A stretch of 64,000 nt of DNA from Eledone cirrhosa (GCA_964016885.1 OZ024746.1:32860001-32924000), one strand, 5' to 3'; counted from the stretch's first letter, positions 1 to 32,969 are shown. Made by a program: numbers and translations. The notes: a model not told the origin generated them from the sequence alone.

Positions 1-171
1 CGAAGTCTCCCCCCTATTGGGGAATTTTTCATTGTTATTTTCATTGTTATTTTTGTTACATCCTCTGTTTTTGTTTTTTTACACGCAGAAATGCCCATTT
101 GTACCGTCCTGCATTGTCCTGCACTGTCCTTAATGTCTACTTTATGTAAACCCTTGTGGTTAATAAAGAAA

Positions 172-173
<2 letters not shown>
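1..173 (+). mobile_element. 3' UTR end of an L1/Tx1-clade LINE (element continues left of the window)
   Basis: Nearly identical to 10188-10350 (…acacgcagaaatgcccatttgtaccgtcctg…ttgtggttaataaagaaatc) and to the reverse complement of 62821-62975; ends at an (ATT)n run. Confidence 0.9.

Positions 174-225
<52 letters not shown>
174..225. repeat. (ATT)n microsatellite between LINE insertions
   Basis: Perfect trinucleotide run read directly. Confidence 0.97.
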
Positions 226-226
<1 letters not shown>

Positions 227-3165
227 AGTTGCATTTATCTTGCTTTATGTTCATACGAGTTATCACCAAGTCACAACCAGTGACCTCAAGAGACAACAAG
301 GTCCGCCATGTTCAAGAAAGAACATACATACTCACACATGCATCTTTAGTGTTTAGACTTGTGATGTACTTATATTGACAGAATCTTTCTTAGTATATGG
401 GCAGTTCCTATTAGTACTATCTTTTGTATTTCTCCTATACGCGGGTTTCCTGGGATTTGCGATAAGCAATCATTAGACCCCTTAGGTATCATTCCCAGAG
501 CGCCTACAACCACTGGTATTGTTTTAGTTCTCAATTTCCACATTTTTCCAATTTCTATCTCCAGGTCCTTATACTTGCTCAATTTTTCAAATGTTTTTAT
601 AGATACATTCTCGTCTATTAGAACAGACATATCAATTAGCAGGCATACCCTCTTTTTAAAGTCCTTCAATATTATATCAGGTCTATTTGCATCTTTTTTT
701 CGGTCTGTTTGGATGCTAAAGTTCCACAAGATTGAGATGTGATCTTTTTCAAGTATGGGAGGTGGTTGATGCTCCCACCAATTCTTTTGATGGGGCAGGT
801 CAAAATGCTTACACATTATCCAATGTATGTATTGTGCAGCTCTGTCATGCCTGTTTAGGTATTCGGTTGGAGCTATAGGACTGCAAATTGAAATTATATG
901 GTCAATGGTCTCTGGTTGTTTTTTGCATACACGGCATAATGGGTTGCATCCATTTTTTATTATGTTGGCTTGGTAATCTTTTGTTGGCAGACACTGATCT
1001 TGTGCTGATATAATCAGTCCTTCAGTCTCCAATTTCAGTCCAGAGGATGCCAACCACTGATGGGTTAAAGTTTTGTCAACATCAGGATTGTTAGCTCGCT
1101 CTGGGTATTTTCCATACAGAGGCTTTTCTTGCCATTTCTTAGCCAGTTTCTGTAGCAGTTCTTTCTTTGCAGTTACTTTTACCTGCTTTTCTTTTTCTGT
1201 GTTTTCCATTTCAGCAGTAAATGGGACTTCTGAAATCTGAAGTCCATTACTGTATCTTTGTGCATCTTTTGTAATGGAATATGATCTTTTGATGCTTTCG
1301 TGTTTCAAAACGAGTTTGATCATCCAATCATGTGATTCCCTTAGATATGTAGATAATCCAATTGTTGCAGTTTTCAACGCAATGTCTAACTGGATTAACC
1401 CACGTCCTCCTTCTTTCCTAGGGAGATATATTCTATCTGTATCTGCCTTAGGGTGATGCATTCTGTGCATGGTTAAGAATTTTCGAATTTTTGTATCGAG
1501 CCTACGGATCTCTGTGCTTGACCAGTTGATGACATTGTAACTGTAGGTTACTACTGGTATGGCAAGCGTGTTTATGGCATCGATCCTATTCCTTGCATTC
1601 AATTCCGTTCTTAAGATTGCTCTTACTCTGCGGTAACATTCCTTCCTTATCCTTTCCCTCATTGTCGAGTGCTTGATTCCGTCTCCTTCACAAACACCTA
1701 GATATTTGTAAATTTTTTCTTGATCAAGTTCTCTTATCACGTTCCCCCGATCAAGATTAATGTCTGAACTCTTCAGCAGCTTTCCTCTGGTGAACGTTGC
1801 TTTGGCGCATTTATCTAGTCAAAACTCCATTTTAATGTCATCACTGAACTGATCCACAGTGGATAATAGACCTTGCAATTGTTCATCATTTTTTGCAAAT
1901 AGTTTCAGGTCATCCATGTAGAACAAGTGATTAATGGTTTTGTCATAGACTTTATATCCATGTTTTACTTAATGGTATAAGTGCGATGCAGAATAAAAGC
2001 AGTGATAAAGAGTCACGCTGAAAAATTCCACAATTAATATTAAATGCTCCAGCTTCCAGTGATTTTGTTTCACTATTCAAAAGGAGTGTCGTTTTCCATG
2101 TCTTCATACTGAATGACAAAAACCTCCTGACAACGGGGGATATTTTGAAAATCTCTAAACATTTTTCAATCCAACTGTGTGGCAAACTATCGAATGCTTT
2201 TTTATAATCTATCCAAGCAATCGATAGATTTTTGTGTCTATTATGACAATCTTCCAGTATCATTTTGTTAACCAGAAGCTGATCCTTACAGCCATATGAG
2301 CCTCGTTTACACCCTTTCTGCTCAATGGGAAATAGGTCATATGTTATCAGGTGGTCATATGTATATTCAGTTAGGACTGATGTTAAAATTTTATACATTG
2401 TGGTCAAGCAAGTTATCGGTCTGTAATTTTTGGGATTGTTTGTCTCATCATTCTTCGGAAGCAGGAATGTAATGCCGTTAACTAGCCATGATGGTATCTT
2501 TTCTGGCTCCTTAACTATTTCATTGTAAAGTTGGGCTAACAGCTCATGAGACTCTGTGAAGGCATTTATCCAAAAGTTTTGTATTTTGTCTTTTCCTGGG
2601 GATTTCCATTTGCTGGTTTTTCTTAGAGCCAAGCTCAACTGTTCAACTGTTATATTTTCCCATATTTGTTCCTCAAGGTGAGCTGTATCTTTCATTTGTC
2701 TGTCTATCCATGGGGCATGTATGTTATGAACTTTTTCTTCGGCCCAGATCTTTTCCCAGAATTCTTGCACATCCTCCTTGGGTGGTATTGATTTAGCAGT
2801 TATTGTTGACTTACCAATTTTTCTGTAGAAGTTTCTTTTGTTGTTTTTGAACATATTATTGTCCTTATAGAATCTAGATCGTTTTTCAAAGCGCCTTATA
2901 CGAGCAGCTTTGGCCGACACTTTTTGCTTGATTATTTCTATCAGCATGTCTATGTCACTTGTTGATTTTATACTGTACTTTCTTTTCAATTTTCTAAGTT
3001 TAGTTTGTTTAACATGTTCACCTACTTTATAGTTTGTTAAAATTTCTATGTCAGATCGGAGAAGGTTTATTTGGCGATTGATATTCTCTTGCCAAGTAGA
3101 TTTCTTGTGGGAATTCCTTTGTTTTTTCATCTTCACTCCACATAAGTGAGTGGTGACTTTATCCG

Positions 3166-3167
<2 letters not shown>
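226..3167 (-). mobile_element. R4/Dong-like RLE non-LTR retrotransposon, family A, 5'-truncated and inactivated
   Basis: Minus-strand ORFs 1952-3298 and 370-1740 carry RT motifs (KSPGKD, YRPITCL, DYKKAFDS, GIFQRDSLS; YMDD at 1909-1920), a CCHC knuckle (CRVCKKQPETIDHIISIC), RHD and a PD..D..K RLE (RPDIIL..IDMS..EKLSKY). Flanked by (TTA)n on both sides. Confidence 0.9.
370..3167 (-). pseudogene. RT-CCHC-RLE polyprotein of Dong-like family A, disrupted
   Basis: Frame break near 1950-1970 and an in-frame TGA at 1819-1821 (MEF*LDKCAK, normally FGLDKC). Confidence 0.85.

Positions 3168-3224
<57 letters not shown>
3168..3224. repeat. (TTA)n microsatellite
   Basis: Perfect run read directly. Confidence 0.97.
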
Positions 3225-3226
<2 letters not shown>

Positions 3227-3637
3227 GTTGCATTTATCTTGCTTTATGTTCATACGAGTTATCACCAAGTCACAACCAGTGACCTCAAGAGACAACAAGG
3301 TCCGCCATGTTCAAGAAAGAACATACATATTCACACATGCATCTTTAGTGTTTAGACTTGTGATGTACTTATATTGACAGAATCTTCCTTAGTATATGGG
3401 CAGTTCCCATTAGTACTATCTTTTGTATTTCTCCTATACGCGGGTTTCCTGGGATTTGCGATATGTAATCATTAGACCCCTTAGGTATCATTCCCAGAGC
3501 GCCTACAACCACTGGTATTGTTTTAGTTCTCAATTTCCACATTTTTCCAATTTCTATCTCCAGGTCCTTATACTTGCTCAATTTTTCAAATGTTTTTATA
3601 GATACATTCTTGTCTATTGGAACAGACATATCAATTA
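3225..3637 (-). mobile_element. Second, heavily 5'-truncated copy of Dong-like family A (~410 bp 3' end)
   Basis: Near-identical to 226-638; encodes the RLE C-terminus IDMSVPID…GTAHILRKILSI; flanked by TTA repeats. Confidence 0.92.
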
Positions 3638-3663
3638 TTATTATTATTATTATTGTTGTTATT

Positions 3664-4795
3664 CCTTGAATCTCAGTCATTGATGTTGGTTAACTGGAAA
3701 GTCCGTTGGAATGAATATCAAGCCACTACCTGCAGCCTCAGATATTCAGGACGTATCGGAGGGTTCTTGCTGTTCCAAGCAAGCATGCCTTTTGAAGCGT
3801 TCCAAAAAGCGTGAAGGGGCCGATTTTCTTTAACCATCCCTGGAAACTTTTGGAGATAGTCCCCAGTGCGCCTATGACAATCGGGATCACTTTGACTTCA
3901 TGGCAGTTCCAAATCCTTTTCACCTCCCACTTTAGGTCCTGGTATCGGTTAATTTTCTCCCTCTCCTTCTCTTGCACTCTCGTGTCGAACGGGCAGGCCA
4001 CATGCCACAATCAGACACGATCTTTTTTCTTTGTCCACAACCATCAGGTCAGGTCTATTGTGTTCCAGTTTTTTGTCCGTCTGTATCCTAAAATCCCACA
4101 CCTTCACCTGATTGTTCTCCATCACCGCCTCTGGCCTATGCTCATACCATTTCTCAGAATGTGGTAAATTGTTTACTTTGCACAGGTGCCAGTGGATCAC
4201 CCTGCCCATCACATCGTGTCTCCAGCCCTTATAGTGGGTCTGGGCTAGGTGTTTACACTCGGACACAATGTGAGCCACAGTCTCCTCTCTCTCTCCACAG
4301 ATCCTGCACAGTGGGCTAGCCTCCTCCTTGTAAATATGGTGCTTCAACCACTTCGTTTTGAGGGCCTGCTCCTGCGCAGCCATTAGCATTCCTTCTGTAG
4401 CCTTTTTGAGGTCTCCTCTTCTCAACCAGTTCCATGTCTGTGGATCTCTAAATTCAGTTTTCTCAAAGAAGGTACTATGAAGGGATTTTCCCTTAAGGCT
4501 GCTCTTCCTCCTTGATGTTATTTCCTCCTTGGACATCCCCTGGCCTACTGTCCCCTCCTTCAGTACAGTTCTGAGCATTGGCTCCTTACTATAGGTCACG
4601 TATTTGTATAGGTTGTTTTTCTCCATCTGAACACAGTCCTCTATGCTGATAAGACCTCTTCCACCCTCAGATCTCCTTAGGTAGAGTCTATCGACATCAC
4701 TCCTCTTGTGGAACATGTTATAGATAGTCAATAGCTTCCTAGTCTTCCTATCCATTTCTTTTTGTTCAGCAACATTCCATCTCAGAATTCCCGCA

Positions 4796-4796
<1 letters not shown>
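3664..4796 (-). mobile_element. R4/Dong-like RLE retrotransposon, distinct family B, 5'-truncated
   Basis: Frameshifted ORFs 3949-4755 and 3738-4010: DRLYLRRSEGGRGL, CRICGEREETVAHIVSEC, RHD, RPDL, IPIVIGALG, LLGTARTLR. Homologous to family A in protein but clearly divergent in DNA and 3' UTR; TTA repeats on both sides. Confidence 0.88.

Positions 4797-4862
<66 letters not shown>
4797..4862. repeat. (ATT)n microsatellite
   Basis: Perfect run read directly. Confidence 0.97.
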
Positions 4863-5071
4863 GGCGACCTACGTAGTAAATCGTATCATCGTGAGCTCCG
4901 CAAAGATTTGTTATTTCCGTTTGTTAAAAATTGTCATTTATGGAAAATTTTATTGTTAACTGTTTATAAGCGCACATACATTGTTTTCCGAAAAGGACAC
5001 CCAAAAAGATTGGGGCCTTGTGCCCAAAATTTAAACTTTTATTATTATCAAAAAATTTCTTTGAAAAAAAA

Positions 5072-7028
5072 ATGGCTAATTCACCTCTGCACGAAGCAGC
5101 TGAAAGCCTTCCTCACAAAATAACACCTCACACCGACACCACAATTGTAAATGTTACTACGTTTGCCAACACAAAAAAAAATATAAGCAGTAGCAATATC
5201 TTAAATTTGTCTCAGGCAGACATTCATTTCCCGCCATTACCAATGACTGCAGGTGTTAAAGCCTCCACCACCACCACCACCGCGACAACCACCACCCCCA
5301 CCACCACCGCGACAACAGAAACAAAAGAAGAAAAAATAAATTAACTCGTGATGTCGAAATGAAATCAAGCAAAATGGACTCTTCCGCACCAAAGACGACT
5401 GACGTCACCACCACCACAACTGAAACTAAAATTAATATTAACACAAATAACGATAGCAACAACAACAATGACATTATAAAACCGACTCTCAGTTTCGCCA
5501 TAGTAGCAAAACAGTTCGAAGCATTCACGGTAACTCAGGAGGATTTAGAAAATGCCAAACAAATGGTAAAGAAAGATGGATACAGGGTCAGCCTCACCCC
5601 CCACCTAATAAAATGGAGCATCGGCGCCTATGCACCGTGTCGTATAGAACAATAAATGTAAAATCGCGCCGAGTGGAACGGGCATCCGAGTCCCAAATCC
5701 AAAAAGCTTTGGGACATGTGTGGGCAAGAAAAACCCACATCAGACGTGGGCAAAAGTATGGAACCGTGGATGTGTTCTTTGAAACACCAGAGGAGGCTAG
5801 AGAACACTCCATGGCCTCATTACAAAGTGACGACTTCACACTCGTCCCAAGCTACTGTGGCCAGAGACTCGTAAAGATCAGGGTGACCCACGTTCCACCG
5901 GCCATCGAAATTCCCTGGCTAATAGCGGCTGTCCTCGCCGGCATCGAAGCCAACACGAAAATAATAGCAATAGCAAAAGAAAAGCAGGAAAACTGGTCCG
6001 GATCTGGGATGGAGCTCCTGATCCAAGCGGACCAAAAACCATTGAGGAGATCCCAGAGGTAATAGACCTCACTGACGGCAGCCACCTCACGGTAATTGTC
6101 GAGGGCAGAAGACCTAGGTGTGTCGTTTGTGGTGAAGGAACCCACCTAAGGGCTTTCTGCCCTCAGGCTAAAAGGTTGAGGCCACCTCTCCTACCCACCC
6201 CAGTGACACAACCATCAACACCACCAGTAGCAGAGATGGCAGCAACAACTGTAGCAGCAACAACAGAAGCAACTATAACAGCAACAACCCCAGCAACAGT
6301 AGCAAAACCAACACCACCACCACCCAACGCGCCAGGACTAGCACCAGCGCCTACACCATCCACCACAACCAAAACTAACGGCTGTGGAGGATTTTCCACT
6401 CCCCGGCCTATCACAACTGGAGACAGATTGTGACGACGAGGAGTGGGAAACGATATCCGGAAAAAAAAAAAGAAACCAAAAAAGAAAAAATTCTCTTCCT
6501 TCCGCCTCCAAAAACAAAATACAGAGGGAAACAAATAAATTAACAAACAAAAAAGTTAGGACAGATATGCCACCATCCACACCAGCATCACCAACCCCAT
6601 CAACCCAAACACCAACACCATCACCATCATTAACCCCAGCACCACCATCACCTACACCACAAAAGTCACCAAAATGCGAAACAGAAACAAACCCACAACA
6701 AACGCAAACAAAACAAAACAACCAAAACGATACACACTACACAGCATTAAATTTGAACAACAAGCAATTATTACACTACATCCAACACAACACCAGCATC
6801 ACAGAAAAAGACTACACAACAACCCCAAAATTCACACCACCCCCACACATACAAATCACTCGCATCACACAGAAAACGTACATGACACTAAAACAAAAAT
6901 TCCCCAAAGACATCGGAGACTTCCGACAAGCACTCTCCAGGAGGATTTATAAGGACATCCTTCCTGAGGAGGCCACAAGCAGTGAAAAGGATGGAAAAAC
7001 CGTCCTTCCTCTACGAGAAGTAAGGTAA
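5072..7028 (+). pseudogene. Tx1-type ORF1 (RRM-like region, CCHC zinc knuckle, Pro/Thr-rich tail), broken by stops and frameshifts
   Basis: ATG at 5072; fragments 5359-5655, 5613-6062, 6176-6433 and 6384-7028; CVVCGEGTHLRAFC (CX2CX4HX4C) at about 6119-6160. Confidence 0.75.
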
Positions 7029-7062
7029 GTTGTCTTTCCCATCTTTTCCACTCCTTTTCAAC

Positions 7063-10000
7063 ATGACCTCACTCAGAATAGGCAGCATAAATGCGCGTGG
7101 CTTGGGGTCGTCATGGAAGCAGGGCCACCAGCTCAACGACCTCAGGTCACTAAACATAGATGTAGTGGCCATCAGCGAGACCAGAATCTCCGAAGCACAG
7201 GCTTTCGCACCGATCTTCGGCGGCTACGATGTGTACGCATCTCCCAGCCGTCCGGGATCGGGGGGAGGAGTTGCTGTGCTTTTTCGGAGAGGTTTGGATC
7301 TTGCCATACGGGCCATCTTCCTGGACCCAGAAGGTAAGTTGGTGGTGCTGGACGTGACCAGCGGAGACGGGCAAGCTTTCAGGTTAGTGGCCGTCTATGC
7401 CCCGACAGGAGCAGGGCGGCATGATTTCTTCCGGCGTCTGGAGACCTTTCTTGGAACGTCCCGCTCTTTAGTGTTAGTGGGCGACTGGAACGGGATCTTA
7501 GATGCACGCTGGGATTGTGTGGGATTAGTGGATAGGGAAGGAGGGTGCAAGACTCTCACCAACCTGCTCAGACGTTTTGAACTGTCTGACAGGTACCGAA
7601 TGGATTTCCCGAATGTACCAATGTGGACTTGGACAAATCGCATAGGGTCATCCAGATCATATCTAGATAGAGTATTTTGTAGGGAAATAGATAGGTCTAG
7701 CATAGGCTGTCCACAATTCAAGATAGTCAGCTTCACGGACCACAAATTCGTGATCTGTGTACTTGACTTAGATAGGCTTCATAGACGAGGACCCGGCTAC
7801 TGGAAGCTAAACGCGTCCTTACCAGCGTGCAAGGCCTACAGAGACCGGATTAGCGAACTAGTTAAGCGGGCGTTGACGGGGGCCATCGTCAACAACAAGT
7901 GGTGGTTTGCTCTGAAAAGAGCAATTAGAATAGAGTCCATTAGGTTTAGTAAGGCTTTAGCAATAGAGAAAAATAGAGCAGAGGGAGAATTAGTTAGAAA
8001 ATTAGACGAGGCGCTTAGCAAAGGCATCGCGACCGACGTACTTACGGCGAAATTGGCGCCTGACCAATTCTTCAATGCAAAGCACGAAGGCTGCGTTGTC
8101 AGAGCTAGGGTGCATGCTCTCAGACACGAGGGGACGAAAGCCGTTCAATGGGCCCGAGTGGCGGAGGCGAATCGTGGCTACAAAGACACGATCCGGTCTT
8201 TGGTGGACCACGACGGGCGCATGCTACTCGATCCCGGGCAAATGTGTAAAGCTTTTCAGCGACATTTCGTTCAGTTGTTCGGGGGCAGCGGCGGGCCGGA
8301 TCGAGGGATGGACTTTAGTGTCTACCTCGACGGACTGCCGCGGCTCTCGGCCACTGAGGCGGAGTGTTGCGAAAAGCCGATAACAGCCGCTGAAGTACGG
8401 GAGGCAATGACTAGCTGCACAAGGGGTAAATCGCCTGGTTTGGATGGTCTGCCCTATGAACTTTACGTACAGATGCCAGACTTGTTCGGAGGCCTCTTGG
8501 CGGACGTCTACTGCAACTGGCAACAGAACGGGAGAATTCCCAGCTCTGTGAGCCGAGGAGCTGTGGCGCTGCTGAGAAAGGATCCGAACAAGGGGGATAA
8601 CATAGATAATTTTAGGCCCATAACTCTGCTAAACACAGAGTTCAAGATTTTGGCCAAGGTGCTAGCAAAGAGGTTGGCGCTTGTCGTTGGTGGCCTGGTG
8701 GGAGAGGCGCAGACATGCGCCATTCCCGACAGATCCATCCACGACAACCTACACCTCACGCGATACATCGTAGAGAGGGTAGCTAGGGAACCTGGCACGA
8801 GTGGGTCCTTGATCAATTTAGATCAGTCGAAAGCTCTCGATAGGGTCGACCATCGGTACCTAGCGGCAGTCCTGAGGGTGGCTGGCTTTGGACCCGTCTT
8901 CAGAGGCAGGATCGCTGCCATGCACAGCGACATCTGCTCTGTGGTGAGAGTGAACGGTCACCTTTCGGAACCGTTCAACATCATGCGCTCGGTCCTCCAA
9001 GGATGTCCCCTCTCGTCCCTCTTGTACGTATTGACTCTCGAGCCATTACTGCACAAACTGGAGACGTTGAGGGGCGTCCCGCGCGAACTAGGAAGATCCG
9101 TGTCAGCATATGCGGACGATGTCACCGTAGTGGTGTCGAACGCCAAACAAATCGAGGCGATCGGCACTACACTAAGAGAATACGAAGCGGTGACAGGAGC
9201 AATGATCAACCAGGAAAAGTCAGCTGGGAATGCCGTGGCTGATGATGCGCAGACACGCGCTCAGGCTACAACATCTCCACCTCTTCCTCGACGGTGATCA
9301 GGTGAGGTCTCCGTTTGCTAGACATGCCTTTCCCCAGCTCATCTCCTTGACGGAGCTGCAGTCCTGGGTCAAGCGAAGACCGAGAGGGAGCGTTTGGAGA
9401 CTGGAATGTCTTCAAGCGCTCACCGCCCTCGACCAATCGGGCAATGTGATCGGTGGGAACCCCACCCTGGCGTTCTATAGAGGATTAGTGGAGGAGAAGA
9501 GCGACGATGTACTTGGGGAAACTCTAGGCGCCGACGAAAATGAACTAGCCAATCTCTTCGGAAGAACTTTCGGGCCGGGGCCTATGCACAATTTCCAGAA
9601 ATCCCTGGCCTGGCAGTGCTACCGAGGAGCTTTGCCAGTTCGGGATAAACTCTACAGGCATGGAGGTGCCGTCAGCCGGGCATGTCCGAGATGCGCGCAG
9701 GGCGACGAAACCGTCCTGCACGCACTCGCCCAGTGTCCGAGCATTGCTGACTTGTAGGTTTATGTTGAGCACCTGCTGTCGCGTGTGGGACGGATCCAGC
9801 TATCAGCTGAGTCCATCGTGAGGATTGCCCCACCCTCTTCCTTTAGCCGGGAAGGGCAGGCAGTTTTTATCTGTCTGGTGGCCGTGGCGAAAGAGATAGT
9901 ATGGTGGACACGTTTGAAAGGGCTGAAGACGAGCACTTACCTCGTCGGTGATGGCCTGGTTAACTTTTTCAAATTTCATTTGAAAAGGAAAATCAGGGTA

Positions 10001-10099
10001 GAAAGGGAAGTGCTCTCTTCCCAGCATTTTGTTGAAAGATGGGTGAGAGAGGCAAGAATGGCCCGAGTGAATGGGCCTACTCTGAGTATGTGTCTGTAA
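7063..10099 (+). pseudogene. Tx1-type ORF2: APE endonuclease + reverse transcriptase + C-terminal zinc finger, with internal deletion and premature stop
   Basis: APE motifs SINARGL, ISET, GGVAVL, VYAP, GDWN, LDR, TDH; RT motifs KSPGLDG, FRPITLLN, DQSKALDRV, QGCPLS, YADD; CPRC..ETVLHALAQC. Deletion at ~9222; TAG at 9755-9757. Confidence 0.9.
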
Positions 10100-10348
10100 A
10101 TTAAAGGTGGAAAACTGGGAGAGGGCACTTGCCCTGGTGGTCAGGGTCACTGTCGCTTTTTAATGGGCTTTCTCCACCAATGTCCCTCGGAACTCTCCCC
10201 TCTAATGGGGAATTTTTTCATTGTTCTATTATTACATCCTCCGTTTCTTGTTTTTTTACACGCAGAAATGCCCATTTGTACCGTCCTGTATTGTCCTGCA
10301 CTGTCCTTAATGTCTACTTTATGTAAACCCTTGTGGTTAATAAAGAAA

Positions 10349-10350
<2 letters not shown>

Positions 10351-10404
<54 letters not shown>

Positions 10405-10420
10405 ATAATAATAATAATAA
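10351..10420. repeat. (ATT)n switching to (TAA)n
   Basis: ATT run to ~10402, then TAA run 10403-10420. Confidence 0.95.
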
Positions 10421-10602
10421 GGGTGGTGGTTTGGCAGTATGGGTAGGGGTCGGACGCCATTATTTGTAGAATGGAGTTATGGCCTTTTACCTTCTGAGTT
10501 CAAATCCCGCCGAGGTTAGCTTTGCCTTTCATCCTTGCTGGATCGATAAAATAAAGTACCAGTAATACACTGGATTAATTGCTGGCCTTGTGGCAAAAGT
10601 AA
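10421..10602 (+). mobile_element. tRNA-derived SINE with Nin-like central domain
   Basis: A-box-like TGGCAGTATGGG, B-box GAGTTCAAATCC, central GCCTTTCATCC…TCGATAAAATAAAGTACCAG; repeated at 32062, 35566 and 54371. Confidence 0.8.
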
Positions 10603-10637
10603 AAATAATTATATTTGGATGTGTATGTATGTTTGCG

Positions 10638-28458
<17,821 letters not shown>

Positions 28459-28925
28459 CACGACGATGACGATGAGGGCGTTGATGAAGATGATGAAGTT
28501 ATTGTCCTTGCTATGCTTGGTAATGATGATGATGATGATGATGGCATTGAAGATGATAAGGATGAGGCGGAGGTGGTAAAGTAGGAGGAGAAGGAGGAGA
28601 ATCAGAGGGGGGGGGGGAGGAGGATGAAAGAAATAATGACGATGATGATGATGATGGTGATGATGGCAGTAATGACAAGGGCGATGCTGATAATGATGAT
28701 GACAATGATGATGATGACGAGGTTTATGACGATGATAACGATGATGATGATGATGACGATGATGACGACGACGACGACGACGACGACGACCACGATGACG
28801 ATGACAATGACGATGACGATGATGACGTCGACGACGATCACGACGACGATGACAATGACGATGACGATGATGACGATGATGATGATGGCGGTAATGATGG
28901 TGACCGGTGACGGCGGCGAAGAGGA
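28459..28925. repeat. Degenerate (GAT/GAC)n cryptic simple sequence continuing from the minisatellite
   Basis: gatgatgat / gacgacgac / gatgac runs. Confidence 0.9.
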
Positions 28926-29094
28926 TAATATTAATATTTTGATAAAGTTGTCTATATAGACTATAGTAGGACATGATGTTGTTGTTGTTGTTGTTGTGAT
29001 TGTTTAGTTTGGCTTCCCTAGAATAGACTTAAATGGTATGATGGATATGACTATATAAGTGTATAAGTTTATACACTCGGTCGCACATACACAC

Positions 29095-31652
<2,558 letters not shown>

Positions 31653-32061
31653 TGCTTGTGTATGTACGTGCATATAAAGAAGGAAAAATCTATAAAGAAT
31701 GTAAGAGAGATCTAATGATAGCAAGAGAAGTAGGCGACGAAAATTGCAGACAAAACAAGTGTGGGTTTAAATAGAGTGACTGGTAGATGGATAAATAACT
31801 TATCAATTTCCTTTCAATGAGTTGTAATGGTTTTTCAACACATTTAAAATCAAATTGAACTGAAGAAACCTCTCTACGATGACTTAACATGCAACATATA
31901 GCAACTAAATCTCCTTCAAATTACACCTCTCTTCAAATAACAGTGGATAGTCTAAGCCTCTGTACACACATGGCCGAGAGGGCAGCACCTGTCTTTCTTT
32001 TGAGGACGTCAGGTGAAGCAGACGTGATATGAGGCTATATATCAACAAGTGTTAATTAATC

Positions 32062-32513
32062 AGGCCAGCAATTACCGCCAGTGCATTACTGGTACTTTAT
32101 TTTATCGATCCCGTAAGGACGAAAGGCACAGTTAACCTCGGTGGGATTGGAACTCAGAATGGCAAGCGCCGTAACTCTATGCGTCAAAGCTTGGCGTCCG
32201 ACCCTCTACCGATACTGCCAATCCACCACCCAATAAATAATTGGTTCTACTTTTGGAACAAGGCCAGCAATTATCCCAGTGTATTACTGGTACTTTATTT
32301 TATCGACCCCGTAAGGATGAAAGGCAAAGTTAACCTCGGCGGGATTTGAACTCAGACTGTAAAGGGACGTAACTCTATGCTATAAAGCCTGGCGTTCGAC
32401 CCTCTACCGATACTGCCAAAAATAATTGTTTCTACTTTAGGCACAAGGCAAGCAATTACCTAGTATATTACTGGTACTTTATTTTATCGACCCCCGTAAG
32501 GATGATACTGCCA
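32062..32513 (-). mobile_element. Three tandem Nin-like SINE copies (32062-32231, 32244-32419, internally deleted 32429-32513)
   Basis: Each is a reverse complement of the 10421/35566 SINE (ctggtactttattttatcga, ggatttgaactcag, gatactgcca). Confidence 0.8.
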
Positions 32514-32643
32514 AAAATAATAAATATCAATAAGGTCTACTATAATTAAAATAATCCATGGGTAGTATGAACGTGACACTACGTGACACTGCGTGACACT
32601 GCGTGACATGGCTGGTCACTTCTTCCTGTGGGAATCTGTACTG

Positions 32644-32748
32644 TAAAGAGGTTATAAGACAAACAACAGTACTTTTATGTGAACTATTGTGGAGCTTCTG
32701 CTACGTGGTCGTTCGAACTGTTATAAATAGCAGCCAAATTCCCCTGTG

Positions 32749-32788
<40 letters not shown>

Positions 32789-32938
32789 GGTATATTGCCA
32801 AATATACTATACATATATTCATGTATACATCGCTATTTCACTTATTTATATATATATTTATATATATAAATAAATATATATAAACGGAAAAAATGAAACG
32901 AAATTTCATTTCCCACTCTTAGTACGACTGTTCCTTAT

Positions 32939-32969
<31 letters not shown>

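Larger units (their letters stand above)
4863..10350 (+). mobile_element. Near full-length L1/Tx1-clade LINE (ORF1 + APE-RT ORF2), inactivated
   Basis: 5' UTR from 4863, fragmented ORF1, ORF2 with APE and RT domains, and a 3' UTR shared with 1-173 and 62821-63063; (TTA)n at both ends. Confidence 0.92.

Noticed and set aside
10421-10515. tRNA gene
   Set aside because: A and B boxes belong to a multi-copy SINE head; no cloverleaf.
32571-32608. 10-bp tandem (a/g)cgtgacact x4 as a regulatory site cluster
   Set aside because: Short local slippage repeat with no associated gene; similar small duplications occur at 36877-36951 and 45449-45510.
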